Assembly: GCA_002104905.1 (NCBI GenBank)
Contig: MCFE01000328.1
Coordinates: forward strand, 30,238 to 94,237
DNA from: Basidiobolus meristosporus CBS 931.73
Taxonomy: Eukaryota; Fungi; Basidiobolomycota
Reading direction: 5' to 3'
DNA: 64,000 nt
A program made the position numbers and the translations under genes. This document shows positions 1-10,749 of this stretch, in pieces. How positions within the stretch are numbered: position 1 is the stretch's first letter; every line of letters begins with the position of its first letter. The notes under the pieces were generated by a model. It saw only the letters and a program-made list of their open reading frames with translations. It made no database searches and had not been told where the DNA came from.

Positions 1-701
1 CATGAACACCTTTCTAACGTGAAGTCGTCCCGTGTGCTATGAAACCAGTATGGTATGCTATTGTATTAGAGATCTGGAAAGCTGTAGTGGTCACCTGTTC
101 TTGAGCTTTGAGCAGGTTATCAGGAAATGTTTATGTATCCGACCGTATATCAGAAGATCTTTTCCATATTTCGATCATGAATGTGAAGATACCGTGAGGA
201 CAGTCAGATCATGCCTCCCTTCTTCGTTGCAAGCAGTGCCTAGGATTAAACGATGGTGTGATGGGATTCTAATGAAGAGTTTCCCACAAAATATCCGTGA
301 TCACGGTAAGCTTCAAGTAGCCCAGAACCATCCCCATGGTAAGAATGCAACCGGTTCTGGTGCTGAGTATGCGAAAATCGTTGCCGATCTTTACCATGTT
401 TCCGGAAAGCCAACCTGAATTGCCCCGGATGTCACCAAACTGTCCTAATGTGTAGTGATTGCACACTAGATGTCTGAATGACGAAGTATTAGATTGCCCT
501 AATGATTCCCACCACTCTATTACGCTCCCAAATCTTGTCCCTCATTGAACTACAGAAAGGCTGACCCACGAATCCAGTGACATGATTCGAACAAAGACAT
601 GTTGTTGGTGCCAGCCGTCAGGAATTCTTAAAACCTCTTCGTTAACTCATCACGAGATGTGATACGCACTTCGGCCCAGATTCATTTGTGTTGAGTATCA
701 T

Positions 702-1140
702 TTAAAACGTGACTTCATTCCTTATTATACTGATACTAATTGCCCATTCCTTGACTGATTCGATTTGAAACACCAAAAGTTGGGGGGGGGTGGTGCATTT
801 CAATCCAGTAATGGCATTCTTGATGGCCTTGGCTTGAAGTGCCGAGCAGACTTCTGCTGGGGTGCTTAAGCCACCTTGAGACAGGTACATGGCTAGAACG
901 CCAGCTACATGTGGACTAGCCATGCTGGTGCTAGAGATCTTCTTGGGTGCGTTGGTGCCTCCAATCCAAGCAGAGGTGATGTCCTGGCCTGGGGTAAAGG
1001 TCTTCACGCACTTGCCATAGTTGCTGAAGCTAGCCGAGGTGTCAGTACTGGTAGTGGCTCCAACAGCGAACACGTCGGCGGCATTGGCAGGTGGTATGTT
1101 GTAGACGTCTCGACTCTCATTACCAGCAGCAATGATGGGT
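702..1140 (-). pseudogene. 3' half of a proteinase K-like subtilisin (peptidase S8); 5' half absent
   Basis: ORF 702..1424 contains AAGNES (oxyanion Asn), VFAVGAT, ASFSNYGKCV, PGQDITSAWIG and STSMASPHVAGVLA (catalytic Ser motif, normally GTSMA). Upstream of ~1140 the frame does not resemble S8, and the Asp and His motifs are missing. Confidence 0.85.
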
Positions 1141-1200
1141 AAGTTGTCGGATCGGGCTAATTTATAACCTTTGGCTGGCTTCGGTGAGAAACAGGGTTCT

Positions 1201-1236
1201 CCCAAAATTCGACCCAAAATTCGACCCAAAATTCGA
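1201..1236 (+). repeat. Three perfect tandem copies of CCCAAAATTCGA (12 bp)
   Basis: Read directly: units at 1201, 1213 and 1225. Confidence 0.95.
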
Positions 1237-2559
1237 ACCGGAGGGTCACGTCCCTCTGGGAACCCTCGCCGGTCCTTTCCAAACTTGGGAACGGAGGGGT
1301 GAATACCGCAGGCTTCTTTCCATCGGTCGATATGAAATATCCCCCATCGCCGTGGCGGTCGATCCGGTAAATACCAGCACATGTCGCTGGTATTTGTTGC
1401 ATGTGGGGCAACCTCACCCGGCACGAGGAGCTCCCAAAGCCGCCAGTTGTCTAGCGGTCAGCCAAAAGGATCTTCAAATCTCGAAATCCATCACTTTGTA
1501 ACTGTTGATGTTGCACCATTACTTGGAGTCTGCAGTTATTTCGTTGGCTTGATCTGTGCCAGAACTCGTGACTCATCTAGCTCCGAGATCTTCGAAACTC
1601 CTGGCCTTTCCTGCGGTACGCAAAGCAGTTGTAATTCTTGTCTGGTTGTGCGAAGGTACGCTTGGCCTTCTTACGCTGATGATGTTTCACCTGGGAAGCT
1701 TGACCATGCTTGGGAAAAAGAAACCCCCACTCGGAATCATTTCTACTAGTCATATCGGGCCGAAAATCGGCTTAGTGACGGTGTTGATATTGCACATTAT
1801 CCAATTCGCATAGCTTTGGCGTGCTTAGTGAGCTGGTTCGAGCTCTGGCCAAGCTATGCACATGCTCATCGTACCTGGCGTTATTGCCTGGATGGGGTCA
1901 TCTCACTGATCAATATTTACAATTTACCATGGTTCAATTGGTGATTTCTCCCTGGCATAAAATCACACCTTGGTATCACAAAATAAAGCCATAGGTCAGC
2001 TGTCCATTGCAAAGCACCCAAAATTCACGTAGAAGGTACTTCTGGCGGAATCTGGCATCAATTGCTTCTAACCCAAGGTGGAGACAGTTGTAACAAGAAC
2101 TTCAACCACTTCCACGCTTGGTAGAGAAGCTGGTAGGCAACTGGAGGTGAAGGGATAATTCATCTGACTTTGGATCTATAATCTTAATTGGCCTTGGAAA
2201 GTTCTGTAATGCAGATTAGAAGTGTTGTAAATTATGTAATCTTGCCTCTTCTGCAAAATTCTCACACCTTGCTATTGTTGTACATACAACTTAGGCATTT
2301 TAATCATAGGCTATGAATCATGATATTGTATGTCTGGATTCTTTATTTGTACTTAGTTTGATTATCACTCCAAAATACCAAACATTAAAGATATGAAAAT
2401 GCACCAGGTGGTCAAAAGGCCCCCAAGCTTTGCACATATGCACTTGAGACCTTACTGAGTAAATCTTGTGTACTTGTCTAACTAAAGCCATGTAATGAAC
2501 CAAGTGTAAACACCACTTTGACACTTGGCAAATCATTAAGTAAGTATCACATGTCCAAT

Positions 2560-4256
2560 AGGTCACATAAGCAGTTCTAATTTCTTCAGAACCCTTACAA
2601 GTAGGTATTCCCTACAGTTGTAACTAGACTTGTTTTGTTGAAAACTGCAGCTTTTTTGTCTTGCTTCTTGGTCTCTGGTCTGGGTAGACTTTTGCTTCCT
2701 CACCTTTACCATTGGCATTGCCAAGTCTTTCACCACTACTTTAACTAAGTACTTCTTATATTGTATTATGTTTTCTCCTTGATGAATGCTGCACTGATGC
2801 ATCTGTTTTTGCCTGCTTGTCCTTGCTGGCACTCTCTAGCAAACTGATGTTTCTTTGCTGCATGCCTGGAGCTTTCCACCCTGCTTGTGATGGATTTATG
2901 AGAATGCTGTGGGGTTTTATCACTGTCAAGTCCTTCACTGCTACTATAACTCAGTGCTTATAGTAACCAGACATATCTTTGCTGCTTGTTTTGCACATTC
3001 AGCCTGACTAGTGAGAGGCCCCTGCAAAAGCTGCAGGTTTCTATCACTGCCAGTTCCTTCATTGCTGCTTTGACTGAGCGCTTCTTGCATTGTACCACAT
3101 TCTTTCCTTGATGCCTGCTGCACTGATGAGTAAGTTTATGCCTGTTTGCACCTTACTGACACACTTCTGGCTACCTGACATTCCTTTGCCACTTGTTTAG
3201 AGCTTTCAGCCCTGCTTCTGACAGGTTCTTGAGGAAGCTACTTGTTTTTAGCCATGGCACCCTTACTCTTCTGCCCTTGATAGTCTCTGCTATTCTTAAG
3301 ATGCTTTCTTAGCATACCAATGCTGGCCCAAATACTGTTTGCTTACTTGAATCCGTAATAATGTTCATGGAACAGGTAAGGTGCTTTCTGCTTGGCCTTG
3401 AGTTCCTGATGTTCCTATGTTATGCCAGCCTTGAGGTGATGCAAAGCTAGACTTCTAATACCCACTAAAATATTAGCCAACTTTTCATCATTGCACTCAG
3501 CAACATCATAGATATTTAATGTATTTTCACTTTTAGGCTTGGGTGTGAACACCACAGTCACTCCCTCCCCTTAAATGATAGGTTTTTCTGTGGGCATTAT
3601 CTTTGTGCACTTTTGTTGTGCTTCAAATACCGCACAGTATTCCTTTGCAGCTACATCAGGACATGGGTCAATTATTGGCTGTGACCTTGAGCTACTTGAG
3701 TTCCTTTGTTGTAGCCTAGATAATGCTTTCTCTACCTTGGATATTGATTGCTCTACATGTATTATCCACTCATCCTGTCTCTGGACGATTTCCTGATTTC
3801 TGTGGTCCATTGCATCTATTCCATCAGCCAGTGCACCTAATTGCCTCAGTAATGCCTAGATATCAGCTGACAGCATACTTGATAATACTGGTAGTGGTGA
3901 TGCTATGTCAGTTGTTTGCTGGTCTTGCTCTGGCAGTACTGGGCTTGAGCCATTCTCATCTCCAGGAGCATTGTGGTCAGCTAGCTGCTCTGAAGACACT
4001 CTCATTTGCCTACTTGACTTAGAGCCTGAGGAGCTCACATTATTAGCTTCAGTGTGCACACTGCCAACATGGCCTTGTTTGGATTTAGCCCTGCTTGTTG
4101 CACTGAATGTGAGAGCAAGCTGTTGTCTAACCATTTCTCTGCTATTGTTTGTGGTGGGGCTTGGTTGGCAACCAAACAACTTTGATTTGCTTTCTGGTGG
4201 CATATATATGGCAGTAAGTGAAACCATATGGGAAATAGCTTACGTATGTGTGTGGA
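2560..4256 (-). pseudogene. Degenerate copy of the CACTA partner ORF (ORF2), inverted relative to 5431-7375
   Basis: ORFs 3856..4227 and 3571..3810 match 5431..6213 (QQLALTFSATS, QDEWII.VEQSIS.VEKA). The 2560-3250 stretch carries the basic/Ser repeat units. Confidence 0.85.
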
Positions 4257-4257
4257 A

Positions 4258-4583
4258 AGGGAAAGCAATCCCTCATCAATAAATCATCCCTTCTATCAGT
4301 AACACTTCTATCTTATTGATTAGCAGTTGATCACTGCACCTGCCTTCAACAGTACATCTCAGACCTGCCATCAAGGAGCTTTTCAGGGTAGTGCACAAGA
4401 CACACAGAGGCCTTTGGAGACACTTGGAGCACCTAGGAAGCTAGAGAAGCAGGAGCTTTTACCATAGTGACATATTGACAAAGACACCAGCAGTTTAGAC
4501 ACAGAGGTTATTGCACCCATCAGACACCTCACACACCTTGAGTTGTGTAGCTTCTCCCAGGAGTACCTCTACACCACCACACC
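4258..4583 (+). mobile_element. 3' part of a gypsy family B-related LTR inserted in a CACTA transposase
   Basis: Resembles 60890-61000 (atccctca.caataaatcatc...gtgatcactgc) and ends ACACCACCACA like the LTR end at 61476. It is the reverse complement of 51619-51900. CACTA sequence resumes at CCGCATGACGG (cf. 55247). Confidence 0.8.
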
Positions 4584-5208
4584 GCATGACGGTTGTCCAC
4601 TTGTACCATGTACATGGTAAGTTGCATCCTGGTATGATTTTGGCAAGAAGTAGTAATAAATCCTCAAAGCCCCCATTACTGATATTAGTGGAAATGCGCC
4701 ACTTCTCTGGCCACAACATCACATCATTCACCAACAGATGGATTACTGGGCTCACTTGGCTCCATAAAGTATCCTTGGCATTTGTCTCAATGGGTGTTGT
4801 CTCATTGCATATAGGGATTTGACCGGGCTCATTCATGGTACTGTTGTTAGGGGAGATAGGCTCAAAATTCATCAGTGAATCTTCTTTGTCAGAGCTATCA
4901 CTCTGCGCACCATATTCAAAAGGCTGAGGTGAGCCTAAAGGTGTCACAAACTCACCTGATTCAGTTTGCGCAAGGTGACAAATATGGCCAGGTGCCAATA
5001 TAGAAGTATCAACTGGCCGGCAAGATAATGTTGGTACAGTAGTGACTGATGAATGGTCAAATATGACTTGGGTGGCAAGACACTGGCTGTGATCCTTGCA
5101 ATACTTCCTATGCTGTCTGCATGCTTCATGGCTGAGAGGCTTGCCACAATAGCCACATGGTCTTTTTTCTCTTCTCTTACGGCGTTGAGTCAAAGTAGTC
5201 TTGTCCAT
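4584..5208 (-). pseudogene. CACTA/EnSpm transposase, N-terminal part
   Basis: MDKTT...CGYCGKPLSHEACRQH Cys/His motif, then KWRISTNISNGGFEDLLLLLAKIIPGCNLPCTWYKW, which matches the start of ORF 54595..55419. Truncated by the LTR fragment. Confidence 0.85.
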
Positions 5209-5430
5209 GGGGCAAACAGTTTGACCTTCAGCAATGTAACACTATTATATCACTTTTTGGTCAATACTCATGTGAACTTAAGACAGTCTTATATTTGAGA
5301 CATTGCACTTACATGAATGTAAGATTCAATGATGAATTGCCATAGTAAGCATTATAAATAAAGTTGTGGCACCACATACACACATATATGTAACCCTATT
5401 TCCCCTTTGGTTTGACTCACTTCCATATAT

Positions 5431-7375
5431 ATGCCACCAAAAAATAAAGCAAAGTTGTCTGGTTCTCAACCAAACCCCACTGCTGACGGCAACAGAAGAA
5501 CGGTTGGACAACAGCTTGCTTTGACATTCAGTGCAACAAGCAAGGCTACATCCAAAAAAGGCCCTGTGGACAGTGTGCCCATTGAAGGTAATAATGCGGA
5601 CTCCTCAGGCTCTCAGTCAAGTAGGCAATTGAGAACCTCTGCGGAGCCACAAGCTGACCATTATGCTCAGGCAGATGAGAATGTAGCAAATACAGTACCC
5701 TCTGTTGAAGATCAGCAAGTGGCCATGATAACTTCACCACCACCCATATTAGCAAGTATGTTGTCAGCTCATACCAAAGCATTAATGATGCAATTAGGTG
5801 CAGTGGCTGATAGGATAGATGCAATGGCCCAGAGAAATCAGGAAGTAGTCCAGAAACAAGATGAGCGGATAATACGTGTAGAGCAATCAATATCCCAGGT
5901 AGAGAAAGCAGTATCTGTGCTGCAAAGAAGGAACTCAAGTAGCTCAATGTCACAGCCAAGAATTGAGCCATTTCCCAATGTAACAGCAGAGGAACACCAT
6001 ACAGTCTTTGAAGCACAACAACAGTGCCCAAAGATAAAGCTCACAGAAAAACCTATCACAGCATGGGAGGGAGACAATGTGGTGTTTATACCAGAGCCTA
6101 AAAATCAAAAGACATTGAAGATCTGTGAAGCCATTGAGTGCAATAATGAAGAGTGGGCTAATATACAAGAGGCTGTCAGAAGTCTAGCACACCATCACCT
6201 TAAGGCTGGCTGACCATGGGACCATCAGGAACTCAAGGCCAAGCAGAATGCACTTGACTTGTTCCATGAGCATTATCCTGGATTCAAACAGGCAAACAGA
6301 TTTTGGGCCATCATTGGTATGCTAAGAAAGTATCTTAAGAATAGCAGAAACTATCAATGGCTGAAGAACAAGGGTGCCATGGCAAAAAACCAGTGGCTTC
6401 CTCAAGAGCCTATTACAAGCAGGGCCAAAAGCTCCAGAGAAGTGTCAAAGAGATGTCAGGCAGCTGGAAGAGTGCCAAGTAAGGACAAGTAGGCAGACAT
6501 GTAGGCACCAGCACAGCATTTATCAAGGAAAAAGTGTAGTACCACTCAAGAAGCACCCAGTCAAAGTAGCAGTGAAGGACCTGGCAGTGATAAAAACCAG
6601 CCACTTTTACAGGAGCCATCACAACTACGGTTGAGAGCTCAAAACAAGCTGAAAAGAAATGTCAGGTTGCCAGAAGAGTGCCAGCAAGGGACAAGCAGGC
6701 CAAAACAGATGTGTCAGAGCAGAATTTATCCAGGAGAAAACGTAGTTCTTTACAAGAAGCACTCAGACAAAGTAGCAGTGAAAGACCAGGCAGTGATAAA
6801 GGAAAAGGTAAAGGGAAAGTGTATACCAAAGCCTGAGACAGGGAGGCATGCAAAAAAAACTGCAGTTCTTGCCAATTATTGCCGCAAGCCAGGAACAGAC
6901 TGAATCCCATTATAGCCAAGAAGAATAACCAACAAGAAAACAGCTGTTTTTGCAAGAGTTGGAAGCGCAGCCAGTTGAGCTACACTCCAGCAAGGTAGAT
7001 GAGTTTGCTGAAAAAGGCAATTTTTCTACCACAGTCACCACAGCCTCCATTGTTGACAGAGTGGAGATCCCACTGACAGAGAAGGCTACAAGGTTAAGAG
7101 CTCAAAAGACTATCACAATGCCTTCAGTGGAGTTTTGGAACATTAATAGGCACACCAAGAGGTTGCAGCACTTCTTCAAGAGCAGTGCTCAAGAAAATGC
7201 ACTGGAATATTGCAAGGATTTATTGCAAAGACTGGCAGATGAGAATCTAGACCTTGCAGTGCCAGCTGAAGACCAGGACATGTGGGAAGCAGTGAATGAA
7301 CAGTGGCATAAAGCTGTTGGGTTCCTACCAAAGTTGTGGAACCAGAGCATTACAGCAGAGATACTTATTGAGTAG
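5431..7375 (+). pseudogene. CACTA-associated partner ORF2 (~650 aa; coiled coil, helical domain, basic repeats, C-terminal domain); best-preserved copy
   Basis: ORF 5431..6213 continues in frame past TGA 6211-6213 (PWDHQ...HYPGFKQANRFWAIIGMLRKYLKNSRNY). Frameshifted repeats follow at 6410-6830, then ORF 6950..7375. Homologous copies at 2560-4256, 27245-29100 and 39118-46250. Confidence 0.75.
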
Positions 7376-7689
7376 TAAATTTAATGGAGTTACTTGTTAA
7401 GTGTGGGGTTGGGCTTAATGTTAGTGTAGGGTATTGAGACTTATATAGGTCAATACAATTGACAATTGATGTACAACTGAAGATTCAACAGATATAAATC
7501 AACTCATACACATGAAAAGTAAGAGAAATGGTTAAGTCAGGAAGTAAGGAGTGTGAAAAAGAGGCAATAGCCAATCAATGTACACAAATGTGGGATGTGA
7601 TCAAGTGTCTGGGATCCAAAAGTGGGCAAATTGGCAAGGAATCAATCAAAAGCCACTTATGTGTTGTTGTGATGAAAAATTTTGTTCTT

Positions 7690-10085
7690 GGGATAGAGTC
7701 CTGATGAGATCAGTACCTCTCAGTATTCTCCACACACCAAGCAAGATGGAGTAGAGATTGGATACAGTAAAGGCAGAGATCTACATGTTCAACTTCATGT
7801 TTGTAGTATAGCTGCTCAAATCCTGTCACTCACTTGTTGCACAATAGCTGTAAATGTGTCAAGTTAGCATTGGTGATCTGTTTATGGATAAATATTCCTA
7901 CAATGTTGACATATGACTCCCAATGCTTCCAATGTACTCTTGATAGGAATAGCTTCAGAACACCGCTTGAATAGACTTGTTCCATTGGATAGTGCCACAT
8001 CAAGCAATGAGTGCCAAATGATGCCATAGTGTGCCAAGGAGGCCAAGTGAGCCTATATTTGGCCTCAGAGTGTGAAATGTAGCTCTGCATCTGCATGCAA
8101 AGCAGCCCCTACGTTTCACTCATTGTGCTGGAGAAAATCTATTTTTTGACCTTTTTTTTGGAACAATGTTTTGCAGGATGTGTACAAGCACATAACGATT
8201 GAAGGCATGCATCTGGTACTCAATATGCATGGCACACTGAATCTAGCTGCTGTAGCTTGTATCATGTCACAAAAATGCATGGCACTATCTTGGTCCATTG
8301 GTACTATCTGGCACTATATTTAAATATTAGCCCTAAAGTAAGACCTATATGAAGCACTTATAGTGCCAGATAGTACCAGTGGACCAAGATAGTGCCATGC
8401 ATTTTTGTGACATGATACAAGCCACAAGAGCTTGATTCAGAGTGCCATGGGTATTGAGTATCAGAGGCATGTCTTCAGTCCTTCTGTGCTCTCACACATT
8501 CTGAACAATGTTGATCCAGAATAAAGGTCAAAATATGGATTTTCTCCAGTACAATGGGTGAAACACAGGGGCAGCTTTGCAAGAAGATGCAGAGCTATGT
8601 TTTACACTCTGTGGCCAAATATAGGCTTACTTGGCTTCCCTGGGACACTATGGTATCTTTTGGCACTCATGGCTCAATGTGGCACTACCCATCAGAACAA
8701 GTCTAATAAATACATAGCAAATTTGTCTAATTTTTGCATTTGTATTGTTGCATACAAGTTTGAATATTGATTGGAGCCCATGAGAAGTACTTAGGGTAGT
8801 GGATACTCTGTGATATCTTGCTATTTTCTTCAAATTTCTCTGGTATCTGAAGAAGCTCATTTAGCTTGAAATGCTGCAAGTATAACTTTGTTATCAGTAT
8901 AGGGATATTGTTGAAAAGTAAATGCATTGCTCCCAGTGGAAAGCTTATGCTCTAACAGTTACCTGCTATCTTAAGTATATCTGGTTTCCAATTGATTCCA
9001 TATTCCAGCCAATGGCTTGTAGCTTGCCAATTTTGCCACAATTGCGTGCTTACTTCTGTGCATTCTCTCAGTGAAAAGTGAAGTTCCTAGTGCTTGTGTT
9101 TGAGTAATAATAGTGCGTGTGAGTTATGGAATAAATCCCCTGGATCTCACAGATTTAACAGCAATACTATCCATTGTGCCCAGAGAAGCCAGCTATCTTG
9201 CTGAAGGCTGGGGTATTTCCAATGCAAATAATAATATGCACTTTTACATAACAGCCATTTACTGTATCTTGCCAGAAAGCATACAAAACTTGTCCAGCAG
9301 TGGATACAGATAGCCATTCAGGTTGGACAGTGATTAAGGCCCAGACACAAGTGAGACTTCCAACAGATTTTTACTCTGATGCTGTAAGATAGGCAGCAAG
9401 TTCAGGTTGATGAGAATCAGTGGCCAGCAGGATCTACTGGCAGAGTACTTGTTCAGTGAGAATCCATCAAGTGCTAAGGCAATGGCTCAGTCATACCTAC
9501 CTTCAATGTAGCTTGAAATGTTTGCCATCAAATATATTGGATATGTTTGCCCTTGATTGATACTGAGTGCAGTAATTTAAGCTTTGCAATATTTGCTAGA
9601 CCGCATGAGCTTTTTTAGACAGGGTATTACTGGAATATATCCAGAGTGTGTACAATGTTTTCCCTTAATTGTGGTCAATTCCTGACAACTTGGACACATT
9701 GCAATGGTGGCATTTTTTGATATGAAGGCCAGGCAACTATTAACAAATGCTAGAATCAGGACAATTGCTGAGTTATTTGTTGCCAGCTGCATGACAGTTG
9801 TCCACTAGTACCACACATATTGTAGATTGCATCCTGGAGTGATTTTGCCAAGTAGGGACAAATCCTCAATGCCCCTATTACTGATATCATTGGAAAGGTG
9901 CCACTTCTCTAGCCACAACATCACATCACTCACCAATAGATGGATTACTGGGCTCACTTGGCTCCATAAAGTATCCTTGGCATTTGTCTCAACAGGTGTT
10001 GTCTCATTGCATATAGGGATTTGACCAGGTTCATACATGGTACTGTTGTAAGGGGAGATAGGCTCAAAATCCATCAGTGAACCTT
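7690..10085 (-). mobile_element. Degenerate CACTA transposase copy with internal deletions, interrupted by the fold-back element
   Basis: 9805..10074 matches the transposase N-terminus, 9100-9800 matches 54500-55250, and 7690-7970 plus 8705-9100 match 53880-54500. Confidence 0.8.
7973..8704. mobile_element. 732-bp fold-back (palindromic) non-autonomous element of the Harbinger-like family
   Basis: Ends AGACTTGTTCC / AGAACAAGTCT with AAT TSD (7970-72 and 8705-07). CACTA sequence rejoins across the site (cttgaat|aaatac, cf. 54142). Arms 7973-8318 and 8359-8704 are inverted copies of each other. Confidence 0.9.
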
Positions 10086-10620
10086 CTGTGCAACAAGCAG
10101 GGCTACATCCAAAGGCAATTTGTCTACCACAGCCTCCACATAGTCCATTGTTGACAGAGTGGAGACCCCACTGATAGACAGGCTACAACACAAAGAGCTT
10201 GAACAACTGTCACAATGCGTTTGGGAACCAGTGAATGAACAGTGGCATAAAGTCATTTGGTTCCTGCCAAAGTTGTGGAACCAGAGTGTTACAGCAGAAA
10301 TACTTATTGAGTAGTAAATTTAATGGAGTTACTTGTTGAGTGTGGGGTTGGGCTTAATGTTAGTGTAGGGTATAGAGACTTATATAGGTCAATACAATTG
10401 ACAATTGATGTACAACTGAAGATTCAACAGATATAAATCAACTCATACACATGAAAAGTAAGAGAAATGGTTAAGTCAGGAAGTAAGGAGTGTGAAAAAG
10501 AGGCAATAGCCAATCAATGTACACAAATGTGGGAAACAGTCAAGTGCCCAGGATCCAAAAGTGAGCAAATTGGTAGTGAACCAATCATAAGCCACTTATA
10601 TATCATTGTGATGAGATATT
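10086..10620 (+). mobile_element. Internally deleted CACTA ORF2 region plus 3' flank
   Basis: Joins sequence matching 5535 to sequence matching 7013 through an AAAG microhomology. 10300-10534 matches 7361-7595. Confidence 0.75.
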
Positions 10621-10749
10621 TTCACCAAGTTTTTTGTGAAATCTGGGGTGTGATTATTTTTCAATGGTCTCTGCACAGTGTCATGACAGGATCAGTACCT
10701 CATAGTAAAGAATGAGAGGTTACCATTGGGTTGAAGAGAATCTCTACAC

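Noticed and set aside
32-466. ORFs 32..418 (+) and 269..466 (-) as genes; DIRGNSG recalls the S41 peptidase DLRxNxGG motif
   Set aside because: A single partial motif in a 65-aa frame with no further support.
1381-1749. YADD at 1672-1683 and SSGQPKGS upstream, suggesting a LINE reverse transcriptase
   Set aside because: The PQG-like motif is about 70 aa from YADD (about 20-30 expected), no other RT motifs are present and the ORF is short; likely chance.
4495-5208. 237-aa ORF as an intact novel gene
   Set aside because: It is the CACTA transposase N-terminus reading by chance into the antisense strand of an LTR fragment after TTVMR.
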